The notes beneath the pieces are model-generated. The model did no database searches and was not told the origin of the DNA. It saw only the letters and a list, made by a program, of their open reading frames with translations. DNA of 10,989 nt from Thermoplasmata archaeon (lineage in GTDB: Archaea; Thermoplasmatota; Thermoplasmata; Lutacidiplasmatales; UBA184), in the NCBI GenBank assembly GCA_028864975.1, contig JAGWLG010000056.1, positions 1 to 10,989 of the forward strand, given 5' to 3'. Positions within the stretch are counted from its first letter, which is position 1. Each line of letters begins with the position of its first letter. Below, one piece after another: positions 1 to 5,109 of the stretch. The position numbers and the translations under genes were made by a program.

Positions 1-1
1 G

Positions 2-112
2 GCCCGATTCGGGGCGAAGGTCCGATGCAAGGTGTTCGAGCACCAGGTCGCGGAGATGCTAGCTCGAACCGTCGTCTGGGATGCCCTGGCGGTGGTCTAC
101 CATGAGGCCTAG
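2..112 (+). mobile_element. 3' end of a probable DDE transposase (IS4/IS5-like), truncated by the window edge
   Basis: Frame 2 is open from base 2 to TAG at 110-112 and reads ARFGAKVRCKVFEHQVAEMLARTVVWDALAVVYHEA. This resembles the C-terminal RFG-x-x-(V/L)R-x-K...Q-x-x-E-x-L signature I recall from archaeal DDE transposases, with WD in place of the usual (H/Y)N. Only 36 aa are visible. Confidence 0.45.
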
Positions 113-157
113 AGGTCAGTCCTCATTTCCCGGTCGCACTCCCTCCCACCGGTAACG

Positions 158-163
158 TTTAAG
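158..163 (+). promoter_or_regulatory. TATA-like box (TTTAAG) for the FKBP gene, probably leaderless transcript
   Basis: AT-rich hexamer in a GC-rich background ending 25 nt before ATG 189. The same hexamer lies at a similar distance before eif2g. Confidence 0.6.
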
Positions 164-188
164 TTGGTCCGGGGGTCGCCCCGCCGCC

Positions 189-1046
189 ATGACGGAGGGC
201 GGTGTCCAGAAAGGGGACCTGGTCCGGCTGGACTTCGAGCTCTGGGCCGAAGGCGGGGCCAAGAAGGAGCTCGTCGCCTGCACCGAAGAGAAGGTCGCGA
301 AGGAAGCCATGGGTGGCGAGTCGCCCAAGGGGATGAACTGGGGGCCTCAGCCGTACATCGTGGGCGCCGAGCTCTTCCGCTCCGTCTTCCCGGTCGCCCC
401 CGGCAAGGTCGAGGCCTCCATCGAAGGGGCCAAGATTGGGGAGAGCGTCGAGAAGGAGTTCCCGGCCGAGGACTCCTTCGGCGCACGCGATGCGAAGCTC
501 ATCGAACTGTTCTCGATGAACGAGGTGCTGCGCCTCCCCGAGATGCGGAAGGATGACGCGCACCTGGACATCGGCACGGTCCTCAACATCCGGGGACGCC
601 AAGGGCGGGTCTCAAGCCTCACCGCGGGCCGCGTCCGGGTGGACTTCAACCGCCCGCAGGCCGGCCGCAAGGCCCTCTGGAAGTTCCGCGTCGTGGAGAA
701 GGTCACGGCCCCCGAGGAGGTGGCCCGCGCGGTCCTGGAGATGGACTACGGACGCCACAAGGACTTCGGGATCGAGATCAAGGACCAGACGGTCACGATC
801 CACCTCGCCGACCGTTCCCTCTTCGATGTCAACTGGCTCGCCTCCAAGGCCGCGGTGGTGGGCCACCTGCGGGACCGACTGAAGGCGACGAAGGTCGTCT
901 TCATCGAGGAGCACAAGACCCCCCCGCCCGCCGAGAAGAAGAAGGAGGCCGCGGCGGAGACAAAACCAGCGGCCGCCCCCCCGGCGCCGCCCGCTCCCGC
1001 AAGCCCGGCCACCGCAGCCCCTGCGCCCTCGACCCCGACCCCGTAG
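189..1046 (+). CDS. Long-type archaeal FKBP/SlyD-family peptidyl-prolyl isomerase/chaperone, 285 aa, with degenerate motifs
   Basis: KGDLVRLDF start, EEKVAKE, (S)FGARD, insert-in-flap GRVRVDFN and the extra C-terminal domain of long-type archaeal FKBPs, then a Pro/Ala/Lys tail. Confidence 0.9.
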   Translation: MTEGGVQKGDLVRLDFELWAEGGAKKELVACTEEKVAKEAMGGESPKGMNWGPQPYIVGAELFRSVFPVAPGKVEASIEGAKIGESVEKEFPAEDSFGARDAKLIELFSMNEVLRLPEMRKDDAHLDIGTVLNIRGRQGRVSSLTAGRVRVDFNRPQAGRKALWKFRVVEKVTAPEEVARAVLEMDYGRHKDFGIEIKDQTVTIHLADRSLFDVNWLASKAAVVGHLRDRLKATKVVFIEEHKTPPPAEKKKEAAAETKPAAAPPAPPAPASPATAAPAPSTPTP

Positions 1047-1130
1047 GCGAGCCGCTCGAACGCTCGCAACCGCCGAGTGCGGTGGCAGCGCTGACCATAT
1101 CTCCCCCGACGGCTCGGCCCCTCCACCACG

Positions 1131-1763
1131 ATGCGCAAAGGCGTCCTGGCCATCGGAGCGACCTGCCTCGTGCTCGGGGCGCTCGTCGCCTTCGCCCCCA
1201 TCTTCCCGGTGCCTTCAGGGTCCCAGCAAGTAGGGAACGGCATCGTCGCGTTCTTCCAAGTGCACTCTCTGGTCCTCCCCCAGTACCTCCAGGTCCCCTG
1301 GCACGCGAGCAGCCCCACAAGGATCTACGTGATGGACTGCGGCACCACCCAGCCGAGCGCCGGGTCGGCCGATTTCTGTCCCGCGAACCACACCGTCGCC
1401 GCGGCGCAGGGAACGGGTGGCACCCTCTCGTTCGCGATTGCCAACGGCCACTGGGTGACGATCGGGACGAGCGGCTCCTGGGCCAACATCTCGGTCCGGA
1501 CCACGAACGGTCAGGTGGGGTTCGTGGTGCTCGTCCTGGGCGCCATGGCCACGCTCGCAGCCTTCCTGCTTCGACCCGAGGGGTCCTCCGCCTCCTCAGC
1601 CACCCCGAAGGTCAGCCCGACCGGGAAGGCTCCCGTCAGCGCGAAGAAGAGCGGTGATCGTGAGAAGACGAAGCCGACACCAAAGGAAGACCCGACGTCG
1701 GAACCGGAAGATCACGAACCGGGCGACGAGGGCGCCGAGGCGAAGGCCGAGGGCACGTCGTAG
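1131..1763 (+). CDS. Hypothetical membrane protein, 210 aa: N-terminal hydrophobic segment, Ser/Thr/Gly-rich domain with two Cys, second TM, charged tail
   Basis: ATG start, GC3-biased codons, two clear hydrophobic stretches (VLAIGATCLVLGALVAF and VGFVVLVLGAMATLAAFLL). Confidence 0.75.
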   Translation: MRKGVLAIGATCLVLGALVAFAPIFPVPSGSQQVGNGIVAFFQVHSLVLPQYLQVPWHASSPTRIYVMDCGTTQPSAGSADFCPANHTVAAAQGTGGTLSFAIANGHWVTIGTSGSWANISVRTTNGQVGFVVLVLGAMATLAAFLLRPEGSSASSATPKVSPTGKAPVSAKKSGDREKTKPTPKEDPTSEPEDHEPGDEGAEAKAEGTS

Positions 1764-2263
1764 GCGTAGACCCGCACCTTGCGGTCCTCTTCCCGGGTCG
1801 TCCACCCCGGCAACGGATGCCAGTAGCTCACCACCCGGGCCCCGGGGGGAAGCTCCTCTCGGAACTTCTCGTCGAGGCGGCGCATGGCCCCCGGCCAGAG
1901 GAAGACCAGGACCACCGTCGCGTCGTGGAGGTCGGTCCGAAAGAGGTCCGAGCGGCGGAGCTCCAACCGGTCGCCCCGTGGATGGCGGGAGCGCCGCCAG
2001 CGCAGGATGAGGAAACGGATCGGTTCGATCTCGATCCCCACGACGGAATCGGCCCCCTCGTCCAGCGACCGAAGGAGGAGGCCCCCGGTCCCGGCGCCCA
2101 GGTCGTAAACACGGTCCCGGGGTCCGATGCGGGCCATTCGCATCATCCGGCGGAGCACCGAGGGGGGAGTGGGCTGGTAGCCGGCGCCCCAAAGGAAGGA
2201 GCCGAGCATGAAGTACATCGCGATCAGGATCACGATGATCAGCAGCAGGGCCCAGTAGTTCAT
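1712..2263 (-). CDS. Class I SAM-dependent methyltransferase with N-terminal TM anchor (FAM173/aKMT-like protein lysine methyltransferase family, probable)
   Basis: Motif I VYDLGAGTGG, post-I VGIEIEP, YQPTP before motif I, DATVVLVFL and LPPGARVVSY..PLPGW. N-terminus MNYWALLLIIVILIAMYFML is hydrophobic. Confidence 0.88.
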   Translation of the reverse strand: MNYWALLLIIVILIAMYFMLGSFLWGAGYQPTPPSVLRRMMRMARIGPRDRVYDLGAGTGGLLLRSLDEGADSVVGIEIEPIRFLILRWRRSRHPRGDRLELRRSDLFRTDLHDATVVLVFLWPGAMRRLDEKFREELPPGARVVSYWHPLPGWTTREEDRKVRVYAYDVPSAFASAPSSPGS

Positions 2264-2273
2264 CGACGGAGGC

Positions 2274-2402
2274 TCACTCCTCGAGCTTTCGCGGGCGTGA
2301 CGCCCTCAAAGAGATCGAACGCGGCCCAAGAGTGGCTCGCCGCCTTCGGCCGGTGGTCGCCGCGTCCTGGCCCACCTGGGAGCTGTTCGGTCTCTGGAAC
2401 AT
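2274..2402 (-). CDS. Possible small basic protein, 42 aa (MFQRPNSSQVGQDAATTGRRRRATLGPRSISLRASRPRKLEE)
   Basis: GGGAGGAGG (plus 2409-2417) lies 6 nt before ATG 2402. The ORF fills the meaB-methyltransferase gap in the same orientation. No family recognised. Confidence 0.3.
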   Translation of the reverse strand: MFQRPNSSQVGQDAATTGRRRRATLGPRSISLRASRPRKLEE

Positions 2403-2443
2403 CACGGACCTCCTCCCGTCCACGCGTTCGAAAGGCACGCCGC

Positions 2444-3451
2444 TCAGATCCGCCGCTTGAGCTCTTGGAACGCCCGGTCGGCCGCGGAGTAGGGGTCGGT
2501 CTCCTTCGCGACGACCTCCTGCAGCAGGGTCTTCCAGGACGCCTCCTTCCCGAGCTCCTCTTCCGCCAGCCGCTCGATCCTCTCCCGCAGGAGCTCCCGA
2601 AGCTCCTGCTCCGCCCGGGCCTTCCTCCCCGCCTCGGCCCCCGGGCCGTTCCGCATCGCGCTCTCGTGGTCCTCCACCGCCTGCCAGAGCTCCGAGATGC
2701 CCGTCCGCTGCGCCGCCGAGGTGGGGACCACGCGGGGGGTCCACCCGTCGCGCGGGACGGAGAGGTAGGCCAACTCCTGCAGGTCCTTGACCGCCCGTTC
2801 GGAGCCGGGAAGCTCGGACTTGTTGACGACGAACACGTCGGCGATCTCGAAGAGCCCCGCCTTCAGCGTCTGCACCTCGTCCCCCAGATGGGGCACCACG
2901 ACGACGACCCGGGTCGTCGCGATGTCGTGGATCTCCACGTCGACCTGCCCGCTGCCCACCGTCTCGACAAGGAGGACGTCCATGCCGAACGCCTCCAGGA
3001 GGCGGAGCGCGTCGCGGGTGCTCTGGGCGACCCCCCCCGCGTGCCCGCGGCTCGCCATGGAGCGGAAGAAGACCCCCGTGTCGTCGGGGTCGCGTTCGAT
3101 CCGGATGCGGTCGCCGAGGACCGCCCCGCCGCTGAAGGGGCTGGAGGGGTCCACCGCGATCACCCCGACCGTCTTCCCCTTCCCTCGGAGGTGCTGGAGG
3201 AGCTGGTTGATGAGCGAGCTCTTTCCCACCCCCAGCGGGCCCGAGATGCCCACGATCGGCGCGTTCCCCGTGTGAGGGTAGAGCGTTCGGAGCACCTCGC
3301 GCGCCTCGGGCCTTCCTTCTTCGACATCGCTGATGAGCCGCGCGAGGGCCCTCATGTCGCCGTCAAGGACCCGCTTCGCCACGGGGGAGGTCTTCGTGGC
3401 CCTCTCCCTCGGGGAGGGGCGGGGAGCGACGGCGGGCAAGCGCGCCTTCAT
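2444..3451 (-). CDS. meaB: Methylmalonyl-CoA mutase-associated GTPase MeaB/ArgK, 335 aa
   Basis: P-loop [67 protein letters not shown]. Start overlaps the upstream stop (ATGA at 3448-3451). Confidence 0.96.
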   Translation of the reverse strand: MKARLPAVAPRPSPRERATKTSPVAKRVLDGDMRALARLISDVEEGRPEAREVLRTLYPHTGNAPIVGISGPLGVGKSSLINQLLQHLRGKGKTVGVIAVDPSSPFSGGAVLGDRIRIERDPDDTGVFFRSMASRGHAGGVAQSTRDALRLLEAFGMDVLLVETVGSGQVDVEIHDIATTRVVVVVPHLGDEVQTLKAGLFEIADVFVVNKSELPGSERAVKDLQELAYLSVPRDGWTPRVVPTSAAQRTGISELWQAVEDHESAMRNGPGAEAGRKARAEQELRELLRERIERLAEEELGKEASWKTLLQEVVAKETDPYSAADRAFQELKRRI

Positions 3452-3903
3452 GCGCGGGCGACCCGCTTGGCCGCTAGCGAGCGCGCGGTCTCGATGATCG
3501 TCGCCAGCGTCGCCCCCGGACCGAAGATCGCGCGGACCCCGAGCTTGCGCAGCTTGGCCGCGTCCTCGTCGGGAATGATGCCCCCCGCGAAGACCTGGAC
3601 GTCCGTCGCCTTGCGCTCCTTAAGCAGCTCGAGCACGCGGGGGATGAGCACGTTGTGGGCGCCCGAGAGGATGGAGAGTCCGATCAGGTCCACGTCCTCC
3701 TCCATCGCCGCCGCGACGATGTCCTCCGGGGTCTGGCGGAGACCCGCGTAGATGACCTCCATCCCCGCGTCGCGCAGCGCGCGGGCGACGACCTTCGCCC
3801 CGCGGTCGTGTCCATCAAGTCCGGGTTTAGCGATCAGCACTCGGATCGGACGGCCACCTTTGCCCTGTTTGGATGCCTCGGTCTGGGGGGGGCTCTTGGC
3901 CAT
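3448..3903 (-). CDS. Stand-alone cobalamin-binding subunit of an acyl-CoA mutase (methylmalonyl-CoA mutase C-terminal domain family), 151 aa
   Basis: [33 protein letters not shown] (DxHxxG), [14 protein letters not shown]. Translationally coupled to meaB. Substrate (methylmalonyl- versus isobutyryl-CoA) cannot be decided here. Confidence 0.95.
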   Translation of the reverse strand: MAKSPPQTEASKQGKGGRPIRVLIAKPGLDGHDRGAKVVARALRDAGMEVIYAGLRQTPEDIVAAAMEEDVDLIGLSILSGAHNVLIPRVLELLKERKATDVQVFAGGIIPDEDAAKLRKLGVRAIFGPGATLATIIETARSLAAKRVARA

Positions 3904-3929
3904 ACGCCTCGAAGGAACCTCCTGGTCCG

Positions 3930-3935
3930 ATTAAA
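3930..3935 (-). promoter_or_regulatory. TATA-like box (TTTAAT on minus strand) for the mutase-meaB cluster
   Basis: Plus ATTAAA at 3930-3935, ending 26 nt before ATG 3903, the same geometry as the boxes before the FKBP gene and eif2g. Confidence 0.55.
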
Positions 3936-3941
3936 GACCTC

Positions 3942-3975
3942 GGGGGACGCCGCGGAGCCACCTCCCGGGTCCCTC
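3942..3975. other. GC-rich hairpin, about 14 bp with two single-base bulges and a 4-nt loop
   Basis: GGGGGAC-g-CCG-c-GGAG [CCAC] CTCC-CGG-GTCCCTC. Lies between the candidate ncRNA and the mutase TATA box. Confidence 0.55.
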
Positions 3976-3989
3976 ATCCCATACGTGCA

Positions 3990-4172
3990 CCCCCCCAGGA
4001 GCATCGCCTTGAGCTCGACCCTAGGTCCCGTGCAACAAGCACGTGGAGCCCCTTCGGGGCGGCGGCCTCGGTGGCGCTCCGTCCCCTACAACAACCTCTG
4101 GCCTCGGAGGAGATCGGAATGCTTCGCGGAGAACGACCTTCTGCTCACCCGGGGGACTTGCTCCTGGGAGAA
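3990..4172 (-). ncRNA. Candidate structured non-coding RNA of unassigned family (~183 nt)
   Basis: Closing helix UUCUCCCAGGAGCA (plus 4159-4172) pairs with UGCUCCUGGGGGGG (plus 3990-4003): 11 Watson-Crick plus 3 G-U. Inner helices: 4029-4033/4039-4043, 4045-4049/4076-4080, 4048-4060 hairpin, and 4077-4087/4108-4119 or alternatively 4081-4086/4152-4157. Intergenic with no convincing ORF. Confidence 0.5.
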
Positions 4173-4205
4173 GCGTCGAACGTGGACTTGAAATGCAGTG
4201 GGACC

Positions 4206-4430
4206 ATGAAAGGCAGCGTGGCGTCCACATCATCGCCTCACCACCCGCAACCCGGGAAACACCCCCCGGGTGCGCCCGAGGAGAGGAAGGTGAAAGAGCG
4301 TCCTAAGGGCCGTCCCATCTCAGAGCTGGGGTGGACCCCGGAGCAGACCAGGGAGGCTCGCCGTCAGATGGCGAGATGGGACGAGCTCTGGGACGACCCT
4401 TCGATGGACGCGTACGATGAGCAACCTTAG
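4206..4430 (+). CDS. Short candidate antitoxin (74 aa from ATG 4206, or 46 aa from GTG 4290)
   Basis: Directly upstream of and overlapping the toxin by 14 nt. The C-terminus ISELGWTPEQTREARRQMARWDELWDDPSMDAYD resembles the acidic W-D-x-P-x-M-D-x-Y-D tail I recall from small proteins upstream of PemK/MazF toxins. GTG 4290 is preceded by GAGGAGAGG. Start uncertain. Confidence 0.7.
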   Translation: MKGSVASTSSPHHPQPGKHPPGAPEERKVKERPKGRPISELGWTPEQTREARRQMARWDELWDDPSMDAYDEQP

Positions 4431-4770
4431 CCGCGGTGACGTGGTCTGGGTCTCCTTCCCGGCTCCCCATCAACCGAAGGGGTTCAAGCGTCGTCCGGGT
4501 CTCCTCCTCACAGAACCCGCGGCGGCCGAGAAGCTCGGCTACGCGGTCCTCGTGCCCGTCAGTTCGAGGGTGGACCTGGTCCGACCCCTCTCGATCCTCG
4601 TGGCCATGGACAGTCCCGAAGGACGGCAGATGGGTATCCTCACCGACTCACGCCTGTTCGTCGGCGAGCTTGGAGGCGTCTCGTGGTTCGCTGTCGAAGG
4701 GCGGTTGGGCACATGTCCGTTGCTGGCGAAGATCGATGGCGTCGTCCAGGAGCTCGTTAGAGGCTCGTAG
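4417..4770 (+). CDS. mazF: PemK/MazF-family type II toxin (endoribonuclease), 117 aa
   Basis: RGDVVWVSFP, KRRPGLLL, VPVSS, GILTDS and ..RLG.. are the PemK/MazF motif order, and the length is typical. Confidence 0.88.
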   Translation: MSNLSRGDVVWVSFPAPHQPKGFKRRPGLLLTEPAAAEKLGYAVLVPVSSRVDLVRPLSILVAMDSPEGRQMGILTDSRLFVGELGGVSWFAVEGRLGTCPLLAKIDGVVQELVRGS

Positions 4771-4804
4771 GAAACGGCGCCTCTCGTCATGCTCGCGTCT
4801 CCTT

Positions 4805-4847
4805 CTGGTGACCGGGAGTTCTCGGGCACGACAGCTCCCGGCACCAG
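4805..4847. terminator. Strong hairpin downstream of mazF (13 bp, one bulged base), possible terminator or processing stem
   Basis: CTGGTG-a-CCGGGAG (4805-4818) pairs with CTCCCGG-CACCAG (4835-4847). No U-tract follows, so the function is not established. Confidence 0.4.
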
Positions 4848-5109
4848 CGTCCGCATGTTGAGCGAGGATCCCTTTCCACACTTCACCTGATCCTCGGGGC
4901 CGGACCTCCTCGCACACTCAGCTCGTCGTGTGAACCGCCGCACCGTGGCCTTGGGACCCGAGGTGGCCCGCGTCTCCCCGGCGGCCCTTCGGTCTCCTCG
5001 ACTTGGATGCACCTCCGCCTCCTAACCCCATGTCGGTACGGAAGGGACGAACGAAGGGAGGTTGGCGGCCACCCCCCCCGACCCTTTCAGGGATCTCTCC
5101 GGGGTAGGC

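Noticed and set aside
1817-3751. 644-aa plus-strand ORF
   Set aside because: Antisense shadow of the methyltransferase, meaB and mutase genes; Arg/Pro/Gly-rich with no domain motifs.
4021-4170. Loose resemblance to ykkC/guanidine-I (plus strand CUAGGUCCCG...GGGAC...GGGAG) and glycine (minus strand CACCGA.GG, GGACGGAG) riboswitches
   Set aside because: The core conserved strings (GGGUUCCG and AAAAGCCC; GGAGA and CUCUCAGG) are missing.
3904-4172. Cobalamin riboswitch upstream of the B12-binding gene
   Set aside because: No GGGAA, GCCACUG or B12-box motifs in the expected order on the minus strand, and a TATA-like box lies between the element and the gene.
4187-4193. TTTCAAG on the minus strand as the promoter of the RNA candidate
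   Set aside because: Non-canonical box, and only about 15 nt from the helix end versus 25-28 nt for the other boxes in this window.
3873-4205. 185-aa long version of the antitoxin ORF
   Set aside because: It overlaps the mutase start and promoter on the opposite strand and crosses the structured element; only the C-terminal part looks like a protein.
4021-4233. 70-aa minus-strand ORF with transposase-like words PEVVVGDG and CLLH
   Set aside because: Spacing does not fit the DDE families I know, many codons end in A/T, and CLLH coincides with a perfect hairpin. A decayed transposase remains a minor alternative that an HMM search could test.
4900-4911. RNase P CR-I-like GAGGAGGUCCGG after a P3-like hairpin on the minus strand
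   Set aside because: No matching CR-V/P4 partner (ACAGAA followed by a CCGG-CUU-type strand) downstream; the SRP helix 8 motif is also absent.
4897-4916. HDV-like ribozyme motif (GGCCGG...CCUCCUCGC) on the plus strand
   Set aside because: The P3 3' strand (needs GGU, has CAC), the P1 partner and the P2 closure are absent.
4794-4977. 9-nt direct repeat CGCGTCTCC (4794-4802 and 4969-4977) as a target-site duplication
   Set aside because: The enclosed segment has no terminal inverted repeats, and a 9-mer match is unremarkable at this GC content.
4539-5012. 157-aa minus-strand ORF with AGGAGG 5 nt before a GTG start, antisense to mazF
   Set aside because: Arg/Ser/Pro/Thr-rich with no recognisable domain and it overlaps a real gene by about 230 nt; the SD could be chance in a purine-rich stretch.
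3031-5079. C/G homopolymers of 7-8 nt (3031-3038 in meaB, 3885-3892 in the mutase gene, 3990-3996, 5072-5079) as phase-variation tracts or cassette boundaries
   Set aside because: Similar tracts occur elsewhere (for example 919-925), both genes are in frame, and the tracts are short.
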